Shown: positions 28,860-39,600 of the stretch, in pieces
How the letters are laid out: every line of letters starts with the position of its first letter
Position numbering within the stretch: position 1 is the stretch's first letter
Assembly (NCBI GenBank): GCA_040219065.1
Contig: JAVJTD010000267.1
Span: 33-64,032 of the forward strand
DNA from: Planctomycetota bacterium
GTDB lineage: Bacteria > Planctomycetota > OFTM77
Direction: 5' to 3'
DNA length: 64,000 bases
Program-made: the position numbers and the translations under genes
Notes under the pieces: model-generated
The model's database searches: none
What the model was told of the DNA's origin: nothing
Seen by the model: the letters and a program-made list of their open reading frames with translations, nothing else

Positions 28860-31568
28860 TCAAATACTCATTGCCGCATCGAGGTCGAGCGAGATCATCG
28901 AGAGCAGCTCCTCGTTGCTCAACTCGGTCAATGCCGAAGCGCCCTCGAACGACAAGACGCCGTCGGAGAGCTCCTGCTTCGCCCGGATCATCTCGTCGAT
29001 GCGCTCCTCGATCGTACCCTTGCACACGAACTTGTGAACCAGGACGTTCCGCCTCTGTCCGATGCGAAAGGCCCGATCCGTCGCCTGGTTCTCGACGGCC
29101 GGGTTCCACCAGCGATCGAAATGCACCACGTGCGAGGCCGCCGTCAAGTTCAAGCCCGTTCCCCCCGCCTTCAGGGAGAGCACCATGAACGGCACCTGGT
29201 CACTCTCCTGAAACGATGTGACGAGCTGCTGACGCTTCTTGACCGGTGTGCCGCCGTGGAGGACATGTCCGCTTCGGCCGAACACGTCGGTGAGGAATCG
29301 GGACAGCGGATCCGTCATCTCTCGGAACTGAGTGAAGACCAAGACCTTGTCCTGGCGCGCCGCGATCGACTCGCAGATCTCGCCCAGCCGCTCGAGCTTG
29401 CCGCTGTCGGCCGTCACGTATCCGCCGTCGCCCAGCCAATGCGAGGGATGATTGCAGATCTGCTTGAAGCGCATCAGGAATGCGAGCACCAACCCGCGGC
29501 GCTCCATGCCTTCGAGCTCTCCGAGTGCGCGCTCGAGCTCCTTGACCGACTGCTCGTAGAGCACGGCTTGACGGCGACTCAACGCGCAGTAAGCCGTGAC
29601 CTCGGTCTTGTCGGGCAGGTCTTGGATGACGCGCTTGTCGGTCTTCAATCGTCGCAAGAGGTAGGGCCGGAGCAGCCGGCGCAACGGCGCGAACCCCTCC
29701 CGCCGATCCTCTCCCATCGCCTTGCATTGTTTTTGGAAGCCTTTGGCCGAGCCGAGCAGGCCCGGGTTCAAGAAGTCGAAGATCGACCAGAGCTCGCCGA
29801 GGTGATTCTCGACGGGCGTGCCCGTCAGGGCGAGTCGCCAGGAAGCCGCGAGCGACTTCACGCTCTTGGTCTGCCTCGCCCCCGGGTTCTTGATGGCTTG
29901 CGCCTCGTCGAGGATCCCGCTGCGCCAGGCAAAAGACTTCAGCCAATCGACGCGAGCGACCATGCCATAGGTCGTGATCACGACATCGTAGCCCGAGACG
30001 ACAGTCGCCTCGAGCTTCTTCAATTCGGCCGTGGGCCGCTGGGAGGCGTGGACGATCAGGACCTTCAGGCGCGACGCGAACCTCTGGATCTCCTGATGCC
30101 AGTTGGCGATCAGCGACGCGGGCACGACCAACAAGTCGGTGCCTCTCTCCTGGCTCTCTCGTGCGCGCGACATCACACCGAGGACTTGAATGGTCTTCCC
30201 GAGCCCCATGTCGTCGGCGAGGCAGCCGCCGAGGCTCAATGAGCGAAGCGTCCACAGCCACTCGAGACCCTCGGCTTGATACGGTCGCAGCTCGGCCTTC
30301 AAGCCGTGCGAGGCTTTCGCATCCGCCGTCGGTTGACGCAGGTGATCGAGCTGCTCCTTCAGCCAGTCGCCCGCGACGACCTCGGACCAGTCGCGATGTC
30401 GATCGGCCGCTCCGGCATCGCCCTCTCCGTCCGAGGAGCCCGAGAGGAGTCGCATGGCTTCGCCGAGCGAGACACCCTCCTTCCAGGATCTCTCCTGGGC
30501 GGACTGCCAATGGGCGAGCACCGCCTCCAATCGGTCCTGATCGACCTCGACCCAGCGACCCTTGACGAGGACCAGGCCGGCGCTGCTCTCGAGGAGCTGC
30601 CGAATCTCGTCTTCGCTGAGCTCTTCACCGTCCAGGGTGACCTGAACATCGAAGTCGAGCATCGCCGCCAGCCCCATCGTCGAAGGGCGCTCGGCTCCGA
30701 CCGACACGGTCGCCTTCGGACGCGCTTTTTGACGGCGGCTCCACCAGTCCGGGACCCGGACGACCAACCCGGCCCGCTCGCAGGTCCCGATCTGTTGGAG
30801 GAACGCGTGTGCCTGGCGAGCCGACCACGACAACGGATGATAGAGGTCCCCGGAGTCGACCAGCTCTCGAAGCAGCTCGCTCTCCTCGGCCGCGCGCGAG
30901 ACCGGAGCCAAGAGTGCCAGCAGCTTGGCGCGGTTCTTCGCTCCCGCGTACTCCTGGAGCGCACGCCCGAGCGGCACGTGCTGCGCCTTGGCGCTGCGAG
31001 TGACTTCGGGCACGTAGGTCGCGATGAAGGCGAACGGGCGGTCCGGCCTCCGCTTGTTCTCGGCCAGGTGCAGGCAGACGCGTCCGACGACGTTCCAGAC
31101 GGAGCTCTGCTCGGCGAGGAATCCCGCCAGGCCGTCGCTCCGATTGGAGAGCTCCTCCTCGAGTGCGCGAGCGATGTCCGTCCAGAGCTCGCCGAGAAGA
31201 TCCTCGGTGACGAGCTCGGCGCCGAGCATCGGCGGCACCGACTCGATCCAGCTCAGGGCATCGCCGGGCTCCAGCGGCGGCGATTCCCAATTCGCAGGAT
31301 CGACCGGATCCACCAAGGCACACGCTCGGCTGACGAAGCGGCGCCCGATGGTCCGCCAGAAGCTCAGCGCCGGGGGCAGCTCGGTCGCGACCTCGCGCGC
31401 GCCGAGGGCGAGGAGGCCCGCTCCTGTGCCCTGCGCGAACGCTTGCAGGATTCGCTTGCGCACGTCGAAGGGCAACGAGGTCGCACCATCCTCGGGAAAG
31501 ACCTCGATCCTCCCGTGCGGCGTGACTCGGCAGGAGAGGGATTGTTCCTCGGCGACTGTCTTGGACAT
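28860..31568 (-). CDS. SNF2-family (SF2) helicase/translocase
   Basis: LRPYQ, LADDMGLGKT, LDEAQAIKN, ALTGTPVEN, SLKAGGTGLNLT, WWNPAVENQATDRAFRIGQ. Confidence 0.96.
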   Translation of the reverse strand: MSKTVAEEQSLSCRVTPHGRIEVFPEDGATSLPFDVRKRILQAFAQGTGAGLLALGAREVATELPPALSFWRTIGRRFVSRACALVDPVDPANWESPPLEPGDALSWIESVPPMLGAELVTEDLLGELWTDIARALEEELSNRSDGLAGFLAEQSSVWNVVGRVCLHLAENKRRPDRPFAFIATYVPEVTRSAKAQHVPLGRALQEYAGAKNRAKLLALLAPVSRAAEESELLRELVDSGDLYHPLSWSARQAHAFLQQIGTCERAGLVVRVPDWWSRRQKARPKATVSVGAERPSTMGLAAMLDFDVQVTLDGEELSEDEIRQLLESSAGLVLVKGRWVEVDQDRLEAVLAHWQSAQERSWKEGVSLGEAMRLLSGSSDGEGDAGAADRHRDWSEVVAGDWLKEQLDHLRQPTADAKASHGLKAELRPYQAEGLEWLWTLRSLSLGGCLADDMGLGKTIQVLGVMSRARESQERGTDLLVVPASLIANWHQEIQRFASRLKVLIVHASQRPTAELKKLEATVVSGYDVVITTYGMVARVDWLKSFAWRSGILDEAQAIKNPGARQTKSVKSLAASWRLALTGTPVENHLGELWSIFDFLNPGLLGSAKGFQKQCKAMGEDRREGFAPLRRLLRPYLLRRLKTDKRVIQDLPDKTEVTAYCALSRRQAVLYEQSVKELERALGELEGMERRGLVLAFLMRFKQICNHPSHWLGDGGYVTADSGKLERLGEICESIAARQDKVLVFTQFREMTDPLSRFLTDVFGRSGHVLHGGTPVKKRQQLVTSFQESDQVPFMVLSLKAGGTGLNLTAASHVVHFDRWWNPAVENQATDRAFRIGQRRNVLVHKFVCKGTIEERIDEMIRAKQELSDGVLSFEGASALTELSNEELLSMISLDLDAAMSI

Positions 31569-31586
31569 TTCCCTTTTTCGTCAAGA

Positions 31587-31690
31587 CCCGGCTGAAGCCG
31601 GGGAAACAACCCGACTGAAGTCGGGGGATACAAAGTTCAACCCGACTGAAATCGGGGGATACGAGGTTCAACCCGACTGAAGTCGGGGGA
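31587..31690. repeat. tandem REP-like hairpins CCCGACTGAAGTCGGGG (4 copies, last three with 31-bp period)
   Basis: copies at 31587, 31610, 31641, 31672. Confidence 0.88.
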
Positions 31691-31702
31691 TGTGAAAGTC
31701 GA

Positions 31703-33652
31703 TTACTCCGTCCAGATCGGCGACGACCAGGCCATGACCGGGAGGCCTCGCACTTCGTTCACTTGGCTCACACGCACGAAGTAGATGGCGCCGGGTACCG
31801 GCTGCTCATCTCGCCAGGTGGCCACGAGCGCCATGCGCATCGGCTCGAAGGTGTGCGCGACCGAGAAGCGCTCTTCGTCCGGTCGCCAGCGGAGCACTTC
31901 GACACGCTCGATCACGTCCGTGCCGAGGACGCGCACCGACACTAGCGCCTGCTCGCCGATCTTGGCGACGCCTCCCATCGGCGTGCCATTCAGCGTCACC
32001 TCCAAGACGATCTTCGATCCCGTCGTTCCGTAGGTGCGGCGATCGTAGAGCGCTTGGAAGATGCCTTCGCGCGTCAGCTCTTCGGCCCAGACGCCGGTCA
32101 GGCCGTAGTGCGGCTGGCCGGGCTTGGAGCGATGGTCGTCCGAGGCGGCGATCGTCGAGAGCTTCAGCCCTTGCCTCCAGACGTCATGGGCGAAGGTCGA
32201 GTCTCTCAAGCTCTTCGATGGCGATGTGAAGTCACTCTGCTCGAAGGCCAAGGGATGCTCGGGATCATAGACCTCGGAGAGCCCGTGGCCCGAGTAGATC
32301 TCGAAGTTGCGCCGCCGCTCAGGGTCGTGAATCGAGAAGTCGATGCCGCCGGGGAACTTGCCGGTGTGATGAGGAATCGTCAGCGCGTCTCCCGCGTCGA
32401 GCGCTTCCCAGAGCTCGGGAAGCTTCGAGGTCTCGGGGTTCTTCAAGGCTCCCGGTGCGCCACGAAAGAAGACGTTGTGATGGCCGAACGGCCGTCCGAA
32501 CGAGCACTCGTAGGCGTGAAGTGTCACGAAGCGACCCGGCTCATGGTGTGCCTCGGTCTCGGCGGTGTACTCGCCCCACACCCCCTCGTGCAGCCCTTGC
32601 GGTCCGCGGCCGGAGACGACGCGGGAATGATCGGTCATGGCGTAGAAGTCCAGGCCCGACGTGTCGCGCGCGTAGCCGAAGGCGTCCGTGCCGACGCCGT
32701 CCCAACTGTAATGAGTATGTGAGTGGAGGTCGCCCCAGTACAGCCGCCGCTCCGGCTCTCGGTGGGAGACATCGACCGGGTTCGAGGTCGCTTCCAGGCC
32801 GAGCGCTTTGAAGCTCGCCCGAATCCTCAGCACGCCGGTCGCTGTCGGTGTGACGCGGAAACGAAGATGTCCCGCGCCTTCGGGCACCGAGACGGCCTTT
32901 GGCAGCTCGGCCTCACCGGTCACGACCTCCAGCTCGATGGCAGCGGCCTCCCGCGCCACGTTGGCGTGCCTATCGAGTAGTGAGATCAGGAGCTCGAAGT
33001 CCTTTTCGCTCACTGCCTGCGATGGAGCGTGGAGCTGAATCTCCGAGACCGGTCCGGGGGCGATCGCGACAGTGGCATCGTGCTCCACGCTCTCGAACGT
33101 CCCTTCCCCACTGCGATCGATGGCCACCATCACCGGTGTTCTGGACAGCACGACATCTCCGGCCGTGAAGCCCGGGCTGCCACTCTCCACATCGCCGTAG
33201 ATCACCTCGACGACGTCATCCGCTCGAAGCGAGCCGCTCACGACCTCGACGCGGACGACCATCACATACCGCTCGAACCGGCCGTCGAGCGACTCCTTGG
33301 AGTGCTTGACCAAGAGCCCGGCGCGCTCGTCCTCGACCGTCGTCTTCAGAACGACTCCATCCCGCGACGTCTTGGCCGTCACGTACTGCGCCCGCTTCGG
33401 ATCGCTCGCCTGAAGCGGCGTCGCCGAGTTGCGCGGACCCGAGTGCCACGCGTCGGGCATCTGGACCCGCAATGCGCCGCCGGTCTCGATCCCTCCATCT
33501 CCGACCCGGATGCCCACCGTCCAGGTACCGACTTCCCCAGCGATGGCCGTCTCCGGCGAGATCTCGACGTGAGACTCGATCTCTGCTTGCCGCGATGCCA
33601 TTAGCCAGATACCGAGCAGCAGCACGGCGGCGAGCCCGACCCGTGTGTTCAT
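31703..33652 (-). CDS. secreted PHP-like metallohydrolase (DUF3604/CehA-McbA-like)
   Basis: YWGDLHSHT..SWDG, LDFYAMTDH, YEC...GHHNVFF, IPHH, EIYSGHG, AASDDH, AWSSPIW. Confidence 0.85.
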   Translation of the reverse strand: MNTRVGLAAVLLLGIWLMASRQAEIESHVEISPETAIAGEVGTWTVGIRVGDGGIETGGALRVQMPDAWHSGPRNSATPLQASDPKRAQYVTAKTSRDGVVLKTTVEDERAGLLVKHSKESLDGRFERYVMVVRVEVVSGSLRADDVVEVIYGDVESGSPGFTAGDVVLSRTPVMVAIDRSGEGTFESVEHDATVAIAPGPVSEIQLHAPSQAVSEKDFELLISLLDRHANVAREAAAIELEVVTGEAELPKAVSVPEGAGHLRFRVTPTATGVLRIRASFKALGLEATSNPVDVSHREPERRLYWGDLHSHTHYSWDGVGTDAFGYARDTSGLDFYAMTDHSRVVSGRGPQGLHEGVWGEYTAETEAHHEPGRFVTLHAYECSFGRPFGHHNVFFRGAPGALKNPETSKLPELWEALDAGDALTIPHHTGKFPGGIDFSIHDPERRRNFEIYSGHGLSEVYDPEHPLAFEQSDFTSPSKSLRDSTFAHDVWRQGLKLSTIAASDDHRSKPGQPHYGLTGVWAEELTREGIFQALYDRRTYGTTGSKIVLEVTLNGTPMGGVAKIGEQALVSVRVLGTDVIERVEVLRWRPDEERFSVAHTFEPMRMALVATWRDEQPVPGAIYFVRVSQVNEVRGLPVMAWSSPIWTE

Positions 33653-33689
33653 CAGGACACTCCACGTCTTGAATGGGGAAGCGAGCATT

Positions 33690-34229
33690 CTACCCGCTCG
33701 CCTGTGGCGACGAACGTTCTCCGGTCTCGAGCTCGGCCAATCGAATCACGCCTTCGATGAAGGGCGCCTTCGCCTTCTGGTAAGCGTCCCGATCGCCGGC
33801 AAGCTCGATCGCGAGACGCAGCTTCAACTCGCCGTACTCGTCCCGAGCTCCCGGGTGGCCGCGGAGGAAGTCGCGAAACCAGAGGTGTGATCTCACGCGC
33901 GGATGCTTTGCCGGGAACACGTGAAGATGCGTCTTCTCCTGCGCACCCCGAGGTCTCGTGAAGTACCGCCGATCGGGAATCCCGTGCTCCCCCTTGCCGA
34001 CGTACCCGAGCGCGGCGAGGTCCGGCTCACGGCGATCGATCTCGCGGACGTCTCGGACCTCCATCAGGACGTCGATCACCGGCTTGGCGGCAAGGCCCGG
34101 CACACTGGTGCTGCCGATGTGATGCACCCGAACGATCTCATCCGACAGGATGCGCTCGAGCTCGTCCCGAATGTCCGAGTAGGCCTCGGGCCAGGTCGGA
34201 TTCCAAGGCACGACTCGCGTCGGCTTCAC
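33690..34229 (-). CDS. GrpB (UPF0157) family protein
   Basis: HHIGSTSVPGLAAKPVID, HLHV, FRDFLR, Y..LK..LA, YQKAK..FI. Confidence 0.92.
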   Translation of the reverse strand: MKPTRVVPWNPTWPEAYSDIRDELERILSDEIVRVHHIGSTSVPGLAAKPVIDVLMEVRDVREIDRREPDLAALGYVGKGEHGIPDRRYFTRPRGAQEKTHLHVFPAKHPRVRSHLWFRDFLRGHPGARDEYGELKLRLAIELAGDRDAYQKAKAPFIEGVIRLAELETGERSSPQASG

Positions 34230-34242
34230 TCGGCCACCGGTC

Positions 34243-35820
34243 TCAACGGTTCTTCTTTCGCGACTGCTTGGCCGCCTTGCGCTTCTTCTTCTCCTTCGCC
34301 TTGTCCTTCTTGGGCTTGGTGTCCCGATGCTTCGAAGGAAGGCCGGGGGGCTCCGAGCTCGGCTCCAGCAAGAACCTCTCGGGAATCCCCATCCCCAGCG
34401 CGACGGACTTGGCCATGCCGAATTTGCTCGAGTCGCCGAGCGCTTCCTCGAGCTCGCTCACGGCGTCCGTTGCTCGCAAGACCTCGAGACAGGCTGGCGC
34501 CTGCTCCAGTCCGAGCTCGCGGCCAAGGAAGACGAAGAAGGCTTCCAGCTCCTCGAGGATCTCGCAGGCTTCCTCGGCATCGACCACCACCTTACGCGGA
34601 ATGATCTCGAAGACGATCTCCCGCAGTTCCGAGGGCGCCAAGCTGGCAATGGTCTTGCCGTGATAATCCGCCGCGAAGTCCATGACGAAGTGGCACATCG
34701 AGGCGTCCTGGAACGCCGTTCCTTCGGGAGAGCGCAAGAAGCGCGCTTCGAGTGCATCCTGCAGCGGCGCAGTGATGTCGCGATTGAGGTCCTCCCTTTC
34801 CAGCTTCCGAAACTCGGCGAGCAAATCGTCAGACGAGAACGCGCGCTCTTCCTCCACGCCCAGCGTGAAGACGGTGGCTTCGTAGAATTTGCCCGACGCC
34901 TTCACGCGCATCTTCCGGGACAACCCGGCCCCCACTTCCCAGACCTTCTCCCAGGCGACGATACCCTTCATGACTTCGAGGATGATCTGGCACAAGATCT
35001 CGCCGAGGATGAAATCGTCGACCTCGAGCGGGTCTTCGAAGGCCCCCTCCCCCCCTTTGGCGAGAACGGGGTAAGCCCTCGGTCCGGCGACTCGCCAACC
35101 ATGCTCGCGGATCTCTTCGAGCAGCTTGGGCAGGAGCTCACCGGCCGGTCTGAAGATCAGAGAGAAGTGTGGTGGCATGTCGCATGGCTCGGCCTCTTCG
35201 CCACTCGAGAGCTCGGCGTACTGCTCCAAGTCGTCGAGGTCTTCGAAAAGGAGGAAGCCCGGGTCCCGACCATCCTGCCCCGTGACACCGAGCACGGCCG
35301 CTTCGAGCCCATAGTCGTCGAGGCGGATCCCGAGGAAGCTCCGGTCGGCGGAAAACCGCTTCCACGGCTCGGCGCGATACAGCTTCGCGGCCGTGTCGAA
35401 GAAGGCGGCCACTTCTTTGGAAGAGACTAGCTCACTGAGGTACGTGGCCTGCCCCGCAACGCTCAAGGCTTGCATGAGCGAGTAGAGGACCTCTTCCATC
35501 TTCGGCGTCGGCTCGCAGACGACCTCGATCGCGGGAAAGCCCTTCCGAAGTAGGTCGGCAAGCTCTTGGTCTTCGAAGCGCACTCGCATCGGTAAGGGTA
35601 CCGAGTCGCGCTTCGCTTCTCGAAGAGTGGCCTCCAAGCTGGAGCACACCGAATCCTCCAGCTTCCCTGGCTCGACCGGGGTCACTCCGCGGGGCTCTCC
35701 GTCGGCCGTGGCCCACACGAGAATGTGCGGCACGAGGTGCTTCACCGCCTCGTGGTCACCTTCGACGAGCGGTAGCGCGCCGCCGATCCACTCCACCACC
35801 TTCTTCTTCCGTCCAAACAT
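34243..35820 (-). CDS. hypothetical protein with basic C-terminal tail (paralog of 9931-11175)
   Basis: FF..AA.LYRAEPW, GV.GQ.G...GFLLF, EIREHGW.VAG..AYP; KKKRKAAKQSRKKNR end. Confidence 0.8.
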   Translation of the reverse strand: MFGRKKKVVEWIGGALPLVEGDHEAVKHLVPHILVWATADGEPRGVTPVEPGKLEDSVCSSLEATLREAKRDSVPLPMRVRFEDQELADLLRKGFPAIEVVCEPTPKMEEVLYSLMQALSVAGQATYLSELVSSKEVAAFFDTAAKLYRAEPWKRFSADRSFLGIRLDDYGLEAAVLGVTGQDGRDPGFLLFEDLDDLEQYAELSSGEEAEPCDMPPHFSLIFRPAGELLPKLLEEIREHGWRVAGPRAYPVLAKGGEGAFEDPLEVDDFILGEILCQIILEVMKGIVAWEKVWEVGAGLSRKMRVKASGKFYEATVFTLGVEEERAFSSDDLLAEFRKLEREDLNRDITAPLQDALEARFLRSPEGTAFQDASMCHFVMDFAADYHGKTIASLAPSELREIVFEIIPRKVVVDAEEACEILEELEAFFVFLGRELGLEQAPACLEVLRATDAVSELEEALGDSSKFGMAKSVALGMGIPERFLLEPSSEPPGLPSKHRDTKPKKDKAKEKKKRKAAKQSRKKNR

Positions 35821-36667
35821 CCCGGCAAGCTTTCGAGTCCTGCAAGTCCTGTCGCCGAGCACCGCTCACGGGGGTCTCGGCTCGCCAGGCGGCCAGCCTA
35901 ATTCCGAGAAGCGCGGCTGACAACTAGATCCGCTCGCTCGACTCGAAGGATCATCTCGCCCAGCCACCCTCGTGAGCCCGACTCCTGCCTGGCTTCTGCT
36001 TCGCCGTCTCGGACCACGCGTTCCTCCTCCTGACAGGCTTTCGACGAGTGACTTCTTTCGGAAGGAGACCCGCTGGTCTTCCTGACGCTCGAGCACTCGC
36101 GTGCAACCATACTTCTCGTTTGATCAAACTCGACATGCCGAAACCGGCTCCATCAGACAGGAGTCCAGGATCATCGCTTGGCTCGAGCGGTCGATCGATC
36201 ATTGCTCATCCCGCCAGGTGGCGAGTAGGATCGCGACCACGATCGTCCCCCGAGCTCCTCCGTGCGCGCTCATCGACAAACGATGAACATCCGTCCCTTG
36301 GTCCCCTTTCCGACCGTCGCCGCGTGTTGTTACGCCTCGGCCCTTCAACCGGCACCGGAGGGAGCTGGTAGCCCTAACGCCGAATGTCTCCCTTCGACGG
36401 CCTCCGCGAGAGCTGACAGGAGCACGCCTGAATGAAGCCTGTGCGAGAAACGCGCCCACCTGGCCACGCGCTCTCGGCGCGTGCTCTTCTCGAGAGCCAA
36501 TCCGATGAGATGGCACTTTCCTCCTGTGAAGCCGTGCGCTCGCTTTCCGAGCGCGCCCACGAGGCCCATGTCCAGGCCGAGCCGGTACGCGACTCTCTGG
36601 TGACCTTGCGCGTGTCCCGTCCCGATGAAGAAGCGAGTGGCGCTGACGACGAGAGCGAGATCGAAGG

Positions 36668-39600
36668 ATGACCCGTCAGACGAAGGCGGCACGGTTGATC
36701 GTCGGCGTGGGGGCGTCGGCCGGTGGCCTGGAGGCGTTCAAGCGGCTATTGTCCGTGCTTCCGAGCGACCAGGGGATGGCCTTCCTCCTGGTACAACACC
36801 TCGCCCCCACCCATGAAAGCCACCTGGCCGAGCTGCTGACGCCTTGCACTCCGATGGCCGTTCGAGATGCCCAGCACGGTCTCGAGATCGCGGCGGACTC
36901 CGTGTACATCATCCCTCCCGACACGTCGCTCGCCGTTCGCCAAGGGATGATCGAGCTCACGAAGCCGACCTTGCACCGCGGTGTGCGGCTGCCCGTCGAT
37001 CACCTCTTCCACTCCCTGGCGCGCGAGTACGGATCCCGGTCCGTCGGGATCATCTTGTCGGGTGCCGGTAGCGACGGGAGCTCGGGCATTCGGGACATCA
37101 AGGCTGCTGGTGGCCTCACCATTGCCGAGGATCCTGAGGAGTCGGGCCAGCCCGGCATGCCCCAGAGCGCCATCGACACGGGAGTCATCGACCTCGTGGT
37201 CTCCATCAGCGAGATTCCCCAGGCCTTGCAGCGCTTCGTGAGCCTGCCGCCCGGCTCGCTCACCGAGCCATTGGGTGAGGAATTGCAGGAAGAGCGCTCC
37301 GAAGAGCACTCGACCCTCGAGGCGACCGAGCTGAACCGCCTCGCCGCCCTTCTCGAGGCCCAGCTCGACTTCGACCTCCGCGTCTACAAGCTGGGCACGA
37401 TCGAGCGACGTGTGCTCCGACGGATGACCTTGTCCGGCTTCGAAAAGATGGAGCCTTACCTCGATCATGTGCGCCAAGACCCATCGGAGCAGCAGGCGCT
37501 GGTCCGCGATCTCCTGATCAGCGTCACCGAGCTCTATCGCGACCCCGAGTCCATCTCCGCCCTGCGGGAGATGGTGATCGATCCTTTGGTTCAGCAGGCC
37601 GCGCCCGGATCCACAGTGCGGGCCTGGGTCCCGGGATGTGCCACCGGCGAAGAGGCGTTCACGATCGGCATCGAGCTCCTGGACGCGATCGTGACGCAGA
37701 ACAAGCGCATCGGCGTCCAGATCTTCGCCACCGACGTCGACCAGGACGCTCTGGCGTACGGGCGAGCGGGCCTGTATCCGCTCACCATCTCCGAGCGCGT
37801 CTCTCCTCAGAAGCTCCAGACCTACTTCCAACTGCTCGACGGTCGGGGCTATCGGGTCCGTCCCGCGCTGCGTGACCTGGTCTCGTTCGCTGCGCACGAT
37901 TTGACCAAGGATCCGCCGTTCTCGCGAATGCACCTGGTGAGCTGCCGCAACGTGCTGATCTATCTGACTCCCGAAGCTCAGAAGCTCGTGCTGCGATCGC
38001 TACACTTCGCCCTCGAGCCCGACGGGCATCTCTTCTTGAGCACCTCGGAGTCCACGGGCTCTCAGCGAGACATCTTCTCCACCATCTCGAAGGGACATCG
38101 GATCTACCGAAAGCTCGGTGCGTCACCGCCGCTCTTGCTGGCGCACTCGAGGACGCGTCTCACCGGTCGCGGAGACAGCTCGGGAGGCAGCGGCTCCGGG
38201 ACCGCGGCAGCCCGGCGCAAACCGAGTGAGGGCGACCTGGCCCGCCGGGCGGTGCTCGAGGCCTTGGCGCCCCCGACGATCGTCGTCTCCGAGGACGGTA
38301 GCGTCCTGTTCTCGCACGGGGAGCTCGGCCCCTACCTCCAGATCCCCCAAGGGGACAGCCCTCGGCTCGAGCTGGGTGCGATCCTGCGTCCCGACATCGC
38401 GACGCGGACGCGCGGTGTCCTCTACAAGTGCCGGCGCCTCCAGAGCCTGGTCACCGCGATCTCCCGTCCCGACGGCGAGGCTCGCTCGATCCGGATCAGT
38501 GCCCGACCGGCCCCTGGCCTCGGGGACTCGGCCGTGATCCTCACATTCGAGGAGATGAACGACACTCACGTCGAGCCCGCCGAGCGTTCGGAGTCGCCCG
38601 GGCGAGAAGCCGTCATCGAGCAGATCGAGAAGGAGCTACAAGCCACTCGCGAGGACTTGAGGAACACGGTCGAAGAGCTCGAGACCTCGAACGAGGAGTT
38701 GCGCTCGTCGAACGAGGCGTCGATGTCGATGAACGAGGAGCTCCAATCGACCAACGAGGAGCTCGAGGCGACGACCGAGGAGCTCCGCTCGCTCAACGAG
38801 GAGCTCACCACCGTCAACGCCCAGCTCCGTGAGAAGGTCGAGCAGCTCGAGCAAGCGCACGACGATCTGGGGAACTTTCTTTCGAGCACCCAGGTGGCGA
38901 CGGTCTTCCTCGACGAACGGCTGTGCATCAAGCGCTTCACTCCGGCCGCCGAGGAGCTGCTCGACCTCGACCACGCCGACACCGGCCGCTGCGTCGTCGA
39001 CATCGCCCGTGAGCTCCTTCAGAACGACCTTCATTCCGAAGCCAAGGCCGTGCTGGACGAGCAGTCCTTTCGGCGACGGGATCTCCTGACGAGCACTGGC
39101 CGGTGGATTCATAGGAGCGTCCTTCCCTATCGCACCGAGAGCCGTCGCATCCAGGGCGTCGTCGTCACGTTCACCGACGTCACCGCCCTCCGATCGGCCA
39201 ACGAGGAGCTGACCGCCCACAGCCGCCGCCTCGAGCTCGCCTGGGAGGTCGCTCGCGGCGGGATCTACGAGCACCGGGTCCCGCTCGATGAGTCGACCTA
39301 TCACAGCGAGCACTGGGCGCAGATCCTCGGCTACACCCGCGACGAGCTGCCGGCCTACGACAAGTTCCTGAAATGGCTGATGGAGCAGGTCCACCCTTCG
39401 GACCGAGACGAACTGGACCGGGCGTACAACGACTTCGTCGCCGGCCGGACCGAGCAGTGCTCGGTCGAGACGCGACTGCGCCACCGATCGGGCCACTGGA
39501 TGTGGGTCCGCGGCGTGTCCAAAGCCCTCGAGCGCAATCCGGACAACACCGTCTGCCACGTCCTCGGCATGATGATCGACATCACCGACATCAAGCAGGT

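Noticed and set aside
31587-31690. CRISPR array
   Set aside because: The 31-bp period leaves only ~14-nt near-identical linkers, there are no unique spacers, and no cas genes are present
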